A stretch of DNA of 64,000 nt, from the IMG/VR virus record IMGVR_UViG_3300044856_000216, positions 32,001-96,000 of that record. One strand, given 5' to 3'. Positions 17,858 through 26,335 of this stretch are shown piece by piece (position 1 is the first letter of the stretch; each line of letters starts with the position of its first letter). The notes beneath the pieces are model-generated. The model saw only the letters and a program-made list of their open reading frames with translations. It was not told the origin of the DNA and searched no databases. This stretch comes from a virus. The position numbers and the translations under genes are program-made.

Positions 17858-18325
17858 TTAATATTCTCCTTTCCATTCATCCAACTCATAGAAACTGTTA
17901 ATCTGATTATCAAGCTTTCTAACCTGTTCTCTTAGTTCAGCTTCTTTCTTCTTACTATCTGTTCTCTGACACTTCTTCCATAATTCTTCACGCTGCTTAG
18001 TCAGTTCATTGTACTTATCAGACACATCAAGCTCTTTTACAACTGAAATCCCAATCTTCTCTCCACAATGAGGGCAGAACCGAATAGGATAATTGTCTGT
18101 CTGTTCCCATTCGTCTTTATATGATGTAATGACTTCTGTATAAGAAGTACAAAACCGTGGAATAAAAACACCATCATCTTCATATTCTCCACCAATATCA
18201 TTTATATCTTCATCTGTAAATACAATAGCTTTATCATTCTGAATTTCATCGCAACAATATGTAAATGGTTTATACTTGTACGAATAAGTGTCATTAAATT
18301 TCAATTTGATTAAATCTATCTTCAT
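17858..18325 (-). CDS. zinc-ribbon protein
   Basis: 155 aa; CC...CPHC; coiled-coil C-terminus. Confidence 0.55.
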   Translation of the reverse strand: MKIDLIKLKFNDTYSYKYKPFTYCCDEIQNDKAIVFTDEDINDIGGEYEDDGVFIPRFCTSYTEVITSYKDEWEQTDNYPIRFCPHCGEKIGISVVKELDVSDKYNELTKQREELWKKCQRTDSKKKEAELREQVRKLDNQINSFYELDEWKGEY

Positions 18326-18333
18326 TTATTCTC

Positions 18334-18519
18334 CTAGTTCATCAACCTAATTTCTCGAAAATCATCATCAGCTTTTACACCATTGATATAAGCATACCAA
18401 CCTCTAAGACCTTCTTTCTTAGAGATTGGATATTTATGCTTAATATTCATAACAACTTCGTAATCGTCTGGATAGTTTTCAAGAATAGACTTCAAATCAC
18501 CAACTAAAATACTACTCAT
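18334..18519 (-). CDS. hypothetical protein
   Basis: 61 aa; start at ATG after GGGAGTGAGAATC. Confidence 0.45.
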   Translation of the reverse strand: MSSILVGDLKSILENYPDDYEVVMNIKHKYPISKKEGLRGWYAYINGVKADDDFREIRLMN

Positions 18520-18524
18520 GATTC

Positions 18525-18854
18525 TCACTCCCAATTCTCAATATTATCATCACAAGGGAAATACGAAAGTTCAATCTCGCTCAGTTTTTTGTAATAGATA
18601 ACAGATTCACTCCAATCTTTTTCAAAACTTTCGCTATCATATATTTCTCTAAACCCAATCAGAATATCCTTATCTGGAAGTTCAATAGCTTCCTTAATCT
18701 GAATATGTCTAAAATGATAATCAACATATAATGACTGATCCACGAACTTTTTATCCATCTCATAAGGAGTATATTGTCCTGGTCTACGAATTTCTAACAT
18801 GCGAAAAATATGCTCATATCCAAAATCATGTAGCCATGTTTCAAAATCAGTCAT
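18525..18854 (-). CDS. hypothetical protein
   Basis: 109 aa; start at ATG after AAGGAGGATTATA. Confidence 0.5.
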   Translation of the reverse strand: MTDFETWLHDFGYEHIFRMLEIRRPGQYTPYEMDKKFVDQSLYVDYHFRHIQIKEAIELPDKDILIGFREIYDSESFEKDWSESVIYYKKLSEIELSYFPCDDNIENWE

Positions 18855-19329
18855 TATAATCCTCCTTTTCAAAAGGAATATCTGTCTCGTAAAAATCTCT
18901 TGTCACTAAGACAAAATATTCCTCGTCACCTTCGTACCTGAATACACTTAAGAATAAATCTCCATGACATGTATACCAACAGAACTCATTTTTATTTACT
19001 CTAAAATAATCAATAGCTCTCTGAATTTCTTTAATTACTTCATCTTTTCCCACTTCAACAACATTTCTCAGATTCTTGTTAGTTCTATTGAAATGTATCG
19101 GATAATCAATATTGTCTTTTGTTAATGTAATTCCATCTAATTCATTAACCATTGATTCTTGTCCACAGCAAGGACACTTAACAAACGGTGCGCCAAGCCA
19201 TCCAATATGAGTATCTTCTTTAGAAATTTCCAATTCTGAATCACAATGTTCACAGAAGATATGTATTTTTTTAGACTTTTCTTCAATGTTTTTGTTAAAA
19301 TTGTTCTGAATAACTTTTATAATAATCAC
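18847..19329 (-). CDS. zinc-ribbon protein
   Basis: 160 aa; CEHC...CPCC; start codon uncertain (GTG). Confidence 0.5.
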   Translation of the reverse strand: MIIIKVIQNNFNKNIEEKSKKIHIFCEHCDSELEISKEDTHIGWLGAPFVKCPCCGQESMVNELDGITLTKDNIDYPIHFNRTNKNLRNVVEVGKDEVIKEIQRAIDYFRVNKNEFCWYTCHGDLFLSVFRYEGDEEYFVLVTRDFYETDIPFEKEDYND

Positions 19330-19351
19330 CTCTTTCTATGTATTTATTCTC

Positions 19352-19624
19352 TTATCTCAGTTCAATCTCACCGAATTTTAATGTGTCATCTTCAAACATT
19401 TTGTTACCCTGATATTTACCAATAAAACAACGTTTAAACGAGGTCGTAACACTGGTTATTGGCGATACGAATTTTAATTCATGTACAATCGGTTTAACTA
19501 ATGCTTCAAGCGTCTCTTTGTTTGCAAATATGTACGGTTCATGTCCTTCTCTATATACGAATTCTGCAATTTTCGTATTTAACTTATTCACATCTATCTT
19601 ATCTACTATTGAAAATGTCTCCAT
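19352..19624 (-). CDS. hypothetical protein
   Basis: 90-aa ORF in gene train. Confidence 0.5.
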   Translation of the reverse strand: METFSIVDKIDVNKLNTKIAEFVYREGHEPYIFANKETLEALVKPIVHELKFVSPITSVTTSFKRCFIGKYQGNKMFEDDTLKFGEIELR

Positions 19625-19669
19625 TTATTGTTTTCCTTTCCAAAAGAAATGCTTCTTTAATTGGATTGT

Positions 19670-19948
19670 TTATTCTCCCATCTGATCTACAATACTCTGT
19701 AACTTATCAACATATATTTGAGCTTCTTCCTTATTATTTAGCTGCTTAATATCAGCAGGTACAAAAGCTAACTTCGATTCATCGAAAACATCATTATTCG
19801 AACAAACTTTCATAAACTGGCACATAGTTTCAGCATCAACCCGATCTAAATCTGGCTGTAAACAAATCACATCCCCCTCCTGTGGATGCAGTTTTCTAAC
19901 TTTAATAAGCGTCTGTTTAAATAACTTCTTTTTCTGTCTTTTGTTCAT
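19670..19948 (-). CDS. hypothetical protein
   Basis: 92-aa ORF in gene train. Confidence 0.5.
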   Translation of the reverse strand: MNKRQKKKLFKQTLIKVRKLHPQEGDVICLQPDLDRVDAETMCQFMKVCSNNDVFDESKLAFVPADIKQLNNKEEAQIYVDKLQSIVDQMGE

Positions 19949-19952
19949 ATTG

Positions 19953-20204
19953 TTATTCTCCTTCGAATATTACTCTTATTGGCTTTATAGCTTCGTCATT
20001 TGTTGGTATAAGAAACACTTTGTCATTTCCAACCTGATCTTTAAATATTTTTGGAGCTTCAACAAATGTAACTCTTTTTGAGCTATCACTATCCAGCCAC
20101 TCTTTAAACTTTTTAAGATTTTCTTTTTCAGAAATTGCAGCACATGGACTTACTTTATCTATTAACTCTAAAAATTTTTGTCTTTCATCTTGTGATAACT
20201 CCAT
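19953..20204 (-). CDS. hypothetical protein
   Basis: 83-aa ORF in gene train. Confidence 0.5.
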   Translation of the reverse strand: MELSQDERQKFLELIDKVSPCAAISEKENLKKFKEWLDSDSSKRVTFVEAPKIFKDQVGNDKVFLIPTNDEAIKPIRVIFEGE

Positions 20205-20208
20205 ACTG

Positions 20209-20454
20209 TTATTCTCCTATTTCTACATGGTCATTATCCAACAAACCAAATTTTCGTAAATAGTACTGTTTGGTTTTATCATCGACTCTACAATAAAAAT
20301 TATGTCTTCCTGACTTCTGCAAAGATAATGTATTGATATTAAGCTCTGCGTTCATAATAATCAGTAATTCGTTTAATGTAATATCATAGCAATGAAACGT
20401 TTCGCCTATTAGAAGCTTATAATATTTCTTCTCTAATTCTGTTATTTCTTCCAT
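20209..20454 (-). CDS. hypothetical protein
   Basis: 81-aa ORF in gene train. Confidence 0.5.
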   Translation of the reverse strand: MEEITELEKKYYKLLIGETFHCYDITLNELLIIMNAELNINTLSLQKSGRHNFYCRVDDKTKQYYLRKFGLLDNDHVEIGE

Positions 20455-20466
20455 ATTGACACCATC

Positions 20467-20859
20467 CTACGCTTCTATATATTCCAATATCCAACTGTCG
20501 TATTTATTTTCTTTAATTAATTGCTGATATAAATTTATCCATTCTTGTGCTGAAAGACCATTGTACTTCCAAACGCATTCTTTCCAATGTCTGTGTATAA
20601 AATGACCTCTTGTTTTTAACTCAATACATTTCACACATTTATCGTATAATTTCTTGGAATACCAATTCGATCTCCTTCTATTCCAGCCATTAAACCCGCC
20701 ATCTATAAATGCTTCAGTCGGATCATATCTGCTTCTCATATCAGTAAGAGTTCTGTCGTATAACTCAGTTTTTGCATTGTATAAACAATGAAGCAGAAAA
20801 TAGATGTCTTCATAATCATTTTTAAAATTCCATTCTTCAATATTTAAATCAAAATACAT
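20467..20859 (-). CDS. hypothetical protein
   Basis: 130-aa ORF in gene train. Confidence 0.55.
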   Translation of the reverse strand: MYFDLNIEEWNFKNDYEDIYFLLHCLYNAKTELYDRTLTDMRSRYDPTEAFIDGGFNGWNRRRSNWYSKKLYDKCVKCIELKTRGHFIHRHWKECVWKYNGLSAQEWINLYQQLIKENKYDSWILEYIEA

Positions 20860-21362
20860 TATTCTTCATTCCTTATTACATCAAACTTAATTGGTAACAT
20901 AACTGTAAATCTACTCTTCATCCAAGGTTTTTCTTTCGTTGCAAATTCATCACCAAATTCTTCTGCCAATACAAAATCTCCGACAGTGTAGACAATAGAA
21001 TATCCAGTTAAATCTTTTGGAATCTCCTTATTTACATTACAGGTTTTAAGATGAATCATTTTATCTATGCACTCACCCATTAAGTCTTGAAAGAATACAA
21101 ACGTTCCATCACAATTGCAACGCTGCATTGTGAAATATTCAAAATCTGCATCTGGATCATGCTTAATAATCACATTAAAATAAGGTTTGTCACCTTTAAG
21201 ATAAGGTACATCTGCTAAAATTGTTCCATTTTTGGTGTAATTAACAACCGTAAATAGCTCTCGTATATCCTGTTCAATCATGGATTCATATTTATTATTC
21301 TCCATGCCATTGCACTGACCTGATGCAATTCGTTCTTTTACAAATTCTAATGATTTACCCAT
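20859..21362 (-). CDS. hypothetical protein
   Basis: 167-aa ORF in gene train. Confidence 0.6.
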   Translation of the reverse strand: MGKSLEFVKERIASGQCNGMENNKYESMIEQDIRELFTVVNYTKNGTILADVPYLKGDKPYFNVIIKHDPDADFEYFTMQRCNCDGTFVFFQDLMGECIDKMIHLKTCNVNKEIPKDLTGYSIVYTVGDFVLAEEFGDEFATKEKPWMKSRFTVMLPIKFDVIRNEE

Positions 21363-21371
21363 AAATTTCTC

Positions 21372-21533
21372 CTAATTACTCAGTCTGTATTTGTCATATT
21401 CATACATTGAACAATCTTCACAATAAAGATTTTGTTCTTTGCAATCTTCACAATCGAAACATCCACCATAAATGCCACCATTTTCATTCATCTTACAGGT
21501 ATTACATTTACAAGTTTCACATGATGTATTCAC
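21372..21533 (-). CDS. small Cys-rich protein
   Basis: 53 aa, GTG after GAGGAGGTGATTAA; 10 Cys (CETCKCNTC...CFDCEDC...CEDC); below track cutoff. Confidence 0.4.
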   Translation of the reverse strand: MNTSCETCKCNTCKMNENGGIYGGCFDCEDCKEQNLYCEDCSMYEYDKYRLSN

Positions 21534-21573
21534 TTAATCACCTCCTCGAATGAAACGTGGTTTTCCTACTGGT

Positions 21574-22116
21574 TTATTCTCCTAATGGTCTTTCATATGT
21601 AACTAATTTTTCAACAATTAGATCCTTTGGTAATAAATCTCTACAGAAATATGCTGTTGCAAATGGACTACCTTTTACTACAGAATCCATATGCTCCTTA
21701 TTGTGATAACAAATTCTTGCATCAAAACTAAGAATCTGAATACCATCTTTGAAATATTTATATCTTGTTTTACCTTGTAGGGAATTAAGCGGTAGAAGAA
21801 CCGCAAATGGTTTATTGAATGAATAGAGTCTTTCTAAGACTTTATCTTTGATTGAGAAGGGTGGATTGCTAACTATGATATCCCATTTTTCAGGTTCATA
21901 ATTAAAAAAATCCTGACCTTCAGCTAATGAACTTCTGACTACATTGTATCCTTCTTCTTTTAGTCTGTTGTAGAAAGCAGACCAGTTTTCATCAAATGGA
22001 CACCATATAATTTTATCTTTTGGAAGATATTTAATAATGTGATCTGTTGCGTAATAGGGCGTGTATAACTCATTATCTTCCTTATCTGATGTTAAATATC
22101 CAATATTTAATGCCAA
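21574..22116 (-). CDS. DNA N6-adenine methyltransferase (NPPF type)
   Basis: 180 aa; catalytic motif IV VSNPPFS; upstream IWCPFD resembles the SAM-binding motif; TTG start with weak context. Confidence 0.6.
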   Translation of the reverse strand: MALNIGYLTSDKEDNELYTPYYATDHIIKYLPKDKIIWCPFDENWSAFYNRLKEEGYNVVRSSLAEGQDFFNYEPEKWDIIVSNPPFSIKDKVLERLYSFNKPFAVLLPLNSLQGKTRYKYFKDGIQILSFDARICYHNKEHMDSVVKGSPFATAYFCRDLLPKDLIVEKLVTYERPLGE

Positions 22117-22205
22117 TATTTGTTCACCAATAGTAGCTGCGCAGCTTTACTCACATGTGAACATTTATCCTTTCTTTAATTGTACTTACTTTGTTATATT
22201 CTCTG

Positions 22206-22397
22206 TTACTTCTTTCTAATACTCCATAAATAAGGACTACTACATCCACAATGATGAATACCATCTCCAAGAACACATCTTCTGCAATCTTCATATTCTT
22301 CATGTGTACTACAATACTCTTTAACTGTATTTATAGCATTTATAATTTCTTCATTTATGGATTCTGGTTCAATATACTCTCTTTCTTCAATTCTCAT
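22206..22397 (-). CDS. small Cys-rich protein
   Basis: 63 aa; CRRC...HHCGC; ATG after AAAGGTGATTGATT. Confidence 0.45.
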   Translation of the reverse strand: MRIEEREYIEPESINEEIINAINTVKEYCSTHEEYEDCRRCVLGDGIHHCGCSSPYLWSIRKK

Positions 22398-22463
22398 AAT
22401 CAATCACCTTTGTCCTGAATATTGTATAGTTTTCGTGACAAGCCAAGAAACCAAAATTTCATC

Positions 22464-22790
22464 TTACTTTTGCAAATTCTTCAATCTCTTATGACTCAAT
22501 ACATTCAGTGTATCTTCGATACCTTCATAATAAGCAGACTTCATATCTGGATTGTCATAATTTTTTGCCTTATCAAACACTTCTTTTATGTATGTCTCTT
22601 CATCTCTCTTATCTATAGATAATTGCTTAATTTTATCAATACAATCATCACATATATCCAGTCTGTTAAAAAGTTTATTCCAAATTCGACAACCATTAAT
22701 ATATCTTTTGGCAATTCCTGCAATATCAAATTCAAAACAAGGAATTCTATTTCCACAAATATCACATACTCGATAGTTTACTTTTGACAC
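22464..22790 (-). CDS. zinc-ribbon protein
   Basis: 108 aa; CDICGN ... CDDC; GTG after GGAGGCGATTTA. Confidence 0.5.
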   Translation of the reverse strand: MSKVNYRVCDICGNRIPCFEFDIAGIAKRYINGCRIWNKLFNRLDICDDCIDKIKQLSIDKRDEETYIKEVFDKAKNYDNPDMKSAYYEGIEDTLNVLSHKRLKNLQK

Positions 22791-22836
22791 TAAATCGCCT
22801 CCTGTAGATTAAAGAAATGTCTGATTAATTACTTGT

Positions 22837-23343
22837 TTATTCTTCACTCAAAATCTCTTTAGGACAGTAAATAATCTTCTTACCTGCTTTCTGTGCTTTA
22901 CGAATTGTTGACCAAACACCACCTGATTTATTCCCATCCCAAATTGCAAGAAGTACATCGCAATGGTCAACCATATATTGATCTCTTACATTGTCACATC
23001 CTTTATAGAATTCATCTGATAATTCAACCCATTCGTCTGCTTCATCCTTAATAAAACGATAATACTTATTTGAAGAGTTATAGTTTTTGCAGGGTAATAT
23101 ACAATGTAACTTTAAATTCTTTGTTCCATTTTTAATAACAGACACAACAAAGCCAAAACTAATATCACAACCAGAAGCCATTCCACAATATTCGTCAACA
23201 TATGTATTACTCAATATTGCAACTTCTGTCATTTTTGTAATTTGTTCAGTTAGCCAATTAGTAATTTTGCTCCACTTTTCATCCGTCTCATCTTCTGGTA
23301 ATCCTAATCTCTGAGGTCTATGACCTGTTAATGCTACCTTCAT
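22837..23343 (-). CDS. DUF1273/YoqJ-like SLOG-superfamily protein
   Basis: 168 aa; N-terminal MKVALTGHRPQRLG is the family hallmark as found in SPbeta YoqJ-type proteins. Confidence 0.65.
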   Translation of the reverse strand: MKVALTGHRPQRLGLPEDETDEKWSKITNWLTEQITKMTEVAILSNTYVDEYCGMASGCDISFGFVVSVIKNGTKNLKLHCILPCKNYNSSNKYYRFIKDEADEWVELSDEFYKGCDNVRDQYMVDHCDVLLAIWDGNKSGGVWSTIRKAQKAGKKIIYCPKEILSEE

Positions 23344-23386
23344 ATATTTTATTCTCCTTATCTAAAAACAAGAAATGCGAGTTTTA

Positions 23387-23617
23387 TCAAGTTAATACAA
23401 ACTCCATATCATATCTCCCAACTATTTTAATTTCAAAATATTTATTACCTTCTGTATATCCTGAAATAATTAGTTTATTTTTATCACAAGGAATATCTTC
23501 TATAATTTTCCCATACTTTTCTTTATAATGATGTAGTTGCTCAGATATGACATTTACATTATTAGGCTTTAATATCTGGATAGATTCTACACTTTTAATA
23601 ATTAATGAATTGTCCAT
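23387..23617 (-). CDS. hypothetical protein
   Basis: 76 aa; start at ATG after GAGGTGAATAAAAAT. Confidence 0.45.
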   Translation of the reverse strand: MDNSLIIKSVESIQILKPNNVNVISEQLHHYKEKYGKIIEDIPCDKNKLIISGYTEGNKYFEIKIVGRYDMEFVLT

Positions 23618-23638
23618 ATTTTTATTCACCTCACTAAA

Positions 23639-24370
23639 TTATTCTCCAACTACAAACAACTTTTCTACTGCTTTTTCACCTGTTACTCTATCCGACTTTT
23701 GTAACACTTTACGTTCTTTCTTCCAGATACACTTAAAATCATCAGGCATATTATATTCACTTACCAACACTATATTGCTCTCTGAAAGTTTACGAAGAAA
23801 ATCGTAAAAAGAATCATAGTCAATTGACTGTTTAGAATACTGTTTTGTATTTTTGTAAGGTGGATCAAAATAAAATACGCAATTTTTATAATCTGAGAAA
23901 TTTTGATAATCGCAGCACGTTATTTCAATATCTTTTAATAATGGAGAATCTTCTTTCAAATTTTTGACTCTTTCCTGATAGATATTACGCTTACCAGTTT
24001 TATCCTTACCCCAACCGCCATCGAAGTATCTGCCACCATACGAACCACAATATCCAATTAATGCTGTATACTCCTTGGAGTATTTGCCAGTTCCTAATTT
24101 TCTATTCTCTCTTACTTCTGCATAATGTTCAAAATTACAATCTGGTGGTGCAATAGAAAGCGTTGAATCAGATTTTACATACTGTAACAATGCTATCAAT
24201 TCATCATTTACATCTGCTGCAATTCTGTTATCACATTGAATTTTTTCAATAATCGAACAACTACCACACATAGGTTCTATGTAAGTTTTAATATGATTAT
24301 CATCAATATACTTCTGAATAATCGGCACTAAAAATTTTGCCAACCTGTTTTTACTTCCTTGATATACCAT
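23639..24370 (-). CDS. dam: Dam-family DNA adenine methyltransferase
   Basis: 243 aa; YQGSKNRLAKFLVPII ... YIEPMCGSCS (SAM motif) ... FDPPY catalytic motif. Confidence 0.8.
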   Translation of the reverse strand: MVYQGSKNRLAKFLVPIIQKYIDDNHIKTYIEPMCGSCSIIEKIQCDNRIAADVNDELIALLQYVKSDSTLSIAPPDCNFEHYAEVRENRKLGTGKYSKEYTALIGYCGSYGGRYFDGGWGKDKTGKRNIYQERVKNLKEDSPLLKDIEITCCDYQNFSDYKNCVFYFDPPYKNTKQYSKQSIDYDSFYDFLRKLSESNIVLVSEYNMPDDFKCIWKKERKVLQKSDRVTGEKAVEKLFVVGE

Positions 24371-24428
24371 TTAATTACTTGGAGTAAGGAATTCCTTCTT
24401 GTGCGCACAAACCTCGTCTCCTTTCATT

Positions 24429-24626
24429 TTATTTGAATTCTATTTTATTTCTCTTTAATACCTTAACCGCCTTATCATAATCAGTCTCCGCTATTTTAAT
24501 GCTTTTCATCTTAACCGGTTTTGGTTTAATCCAATCACGACATTTTGTAATATCTTCGTCATACCACATCAAACCGCTTTCACAATATTTGTGCCATTGA
24601 CAGTCATTATTGCCACAGTTGCTCAT
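24429..24626 (-). CDS. hypothetical protein
   Basis: 65-aa ORF, Cys-containing N-terminus. Confidence 0.45.
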   Translation of the reverse strand: MSNCGNNDCQWHKYCESGLMWYDEDITKCRDWIKPKPVKMKSIKIAETDYDKAVKVLKRNKIEFK

Positions 24627-24638
24627 TTATGTATTCTC

Positions 24639-25040
24639 CTAATCAGTTAATATGAAATGTATATACTGACCAATATGCTCCTTCAGTTCTGTTTCTAAAT
24701 CATGACCACCAATAATCAAGTTATCAATATTAAATCCAGTAATAGTCCATTCTGAATACTCTACATAATGTCCTTGTGTTAATAAATTTCCTGTAAGTAT
24801 ATAACTGTCAAAGTTCATCTGTGCTTCTTCTAAAGTACATTTTTCATCAGAGAACCAACAACGTAGATTCGCATTTGGAATCGTGGTGATTTTCTCGCCA
24901 AGTCCTCTGTTTAGTTTTGTACAATTGAAATAATCCATAATAGATTCTGCTATTGATTCATAGTAATCATTAATTTCTTCAGCTAATCCTAAATTGCCTT
25001 CGCTATTGCGTCCTATCCAACCTTGTAATATTAATTCCAT
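24639..25040 (-). CDS. hypothetical protein
   Basis: 133 aa; start at ATG after GAGGTGAACGAA. Confidence 0.55.
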   Translation of the reverse strand: MELILQGWIGRNSEGNLGLAEEINDYYESIAESIMDYFNCTKLNRGLGEKITTIPNANLRCWFSDEKCTLEEAQMNFDSYILTGNLLTQGHYVEYSEWTITGFNIDNLIIGGHDLETELKEHIGQYIHFILTD

Positions 25041-25066
25041 TTCGTTCACCTCTCTGTATTATTCTC

Positions 25067-25267
25067 TTATTTGTGATAGGCTACATCAATATGTTCCATA
25101 CACCATTTCCAATATGGAATTACTTTAACACCACCAGCTTCGTTCCAATCTTTCTTTAACTGCGTTTGTGTATCTTTATCTAAGCAGGAAGCTAAATACA
25201 AAGAACACTCCATTGGTGCTGTTTTTCTGTATTCTTCACTAAAATCTTCTAAATTTAGATTCGCCAT
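25067..25267 (-). CDS. hypothetical protein
   Basis: 66-aa ORF in gene train. Confidence 0.45.
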   Translation of the reverse strand: MANLNLEDFSEEYRKTAPMECSLYLASCLDKDTQTQLKKDWNEAGGVKVIPYWKWCMEHIDVAYHK

Positions 25268-25343
25268 TTCTACCTCCTAAACCACCAAGAAAATTCAATT
25301 TCATAATATATTTATAATTATATATATCGTAATTTCTTGATTC

Positions 25344-25386
25344 ATACCACAACATATAGCACGCAAATTACCATATGTTGTGGTAT
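25344..25386 (-). terminator. 14-bp perfect hairpin downstream of the secreted-protein gene
   Basis: ATACCACAACATAT-N15-ATATGTTGTGGTAT, 22 nt after the stop at 25409; the U-tract is convincing only on the plus strand, so its function as a minus-strand terminator is uncertain. Confidence 0.3.
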
Positions 25387-25408
25387 TTATTATTTAATTG
25401 TTAATAGG

Positions 25409-25903
25409 TCAAAACCCAAATCTCGTAATATTAGTATCATCTGACCAACAGCCAAATGTACTATTATCACCGTAAGCTTTAACGCTTACTGTAGCTCCGT
25501 CCATACCATCTGTGATGAAATCATCAGTGTAATTAGTAGAGTAAAATGATGTATGTGTTGTATCAAATTCTTTGTAAGTTCCATCGGCTTTTGTGATACG
25601 CACCTTATAGGTTGTTGCGTTTTCGACCTCTGACCATTTGACTGCTACGTGACTGTAATGAAAATACCTTGATGCACTCTTGTAGTAAGATGCATATTTC
25701 ACCACCGGAGTAGCGAGGACGCATTTCTCGAGCCAATTTTTTACAGCATTGTTAATAGCATCTTCTAAAGCACCATCAGGCTGAAAGTTGATATCTGGGA
25801 TTTTAACAGATGGCGGATTAAGTGGTGGTGTGCAGGCATATGCTGGGATAGTAGAACCTACAATCATCATGGTTACAATTAAAGTACTTACTAATTTTTT
25901 CAT
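25409..25903 (-). CDS. secreted protein (signal peptide, possibly lipoprotein)
   Basis: 164 aa; MKKLVSTLIVTMMIVGSTIPAYAC signal sequence; beta-rich remainder. Confidence 0.6.
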   Translation of the reverse strand: MKKLVSTLIVTMMIVGSTIPAYACTPPLNPPSVKIPDINFQPDGALEDAINNAVKNWLEKCVLATPVVKYASYYKSASRYFHYSHVAVKWSEVENATTYKVRITKADGTYKEFDTTHTSFYSTNYTDDFITDGMDGATVSVKAYGDNSTFGCWSDDTNITRFGF

Positions 25904-26089
25904 ATTTTTTAATTCCTTTCTTTATTAGCATGTTTATATTGTTTTTATATAATAAGTGATCACCTATATTTATATTATTCTCTGATTTATTTAGATTTCT
26001 CATCATATCCAGTCTCTTCAAGGAATTTATCAAATTCCTCTTTTGTCATATTGTTTGGATAATACATATCCATCACCATATCAAATGGC

Positions 26090-26335
26090 TGCAAATAATT
26101 ATCTAACACATTTCAAAAACTTCACCTCTTTTCATATTAAGAGTACATTCATTTCTGTACTCTATGAGAGCATCCTTATTCCTCATCATTACATGTTAGG
26201 ATCGAGGTTTGTTCCAAGGCATTATATTCTCAAATAAGTTTCAGCCTATACGCTCATCGGTTGACTGACTTGTTAGTTTCAGCCTTCACCTTTACCTTTT
26301 CACCATCTCAGGATTCATTGGTTTATTTAACCGTT
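26090..26335 (-). ncRNA. putative TnpB omega-RNA (reRNA) scaffold region; ends not determinable
   Basis: GC-richer, ORF-poor stretch starting at the tnpB 3' end; 11-nt direct repeat AGGCTGAAACT (26237-26247, 26275-26285); 7-bp hairpin GAGTACA-N8-TGTACTC (26141-26162); position matches where omega-RNAs are encoded. Confidence 0.35.

Noticed and set aside
25818-26033. 71-aa minus-strand ORF overlapping the start of the secreted-protein gene
   Set aside because: It overlaps 25409-25903 by 86 nt in another frame, has an N/K-rich low-complexity product, and has no SD.
26318-26334. TTGGTTTATTTAA at the tnpB stop resembles the TTGGGTTTATTAC end of the CRISPR repeat (plus-strand reading)
   Set aside because: This is only about 10 nt of AT-rich identity, in the same sense rather than complementary, so it is compatible with chance. 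I keep it as a note for the repeat/omega-RNA comparison, not as evidence.
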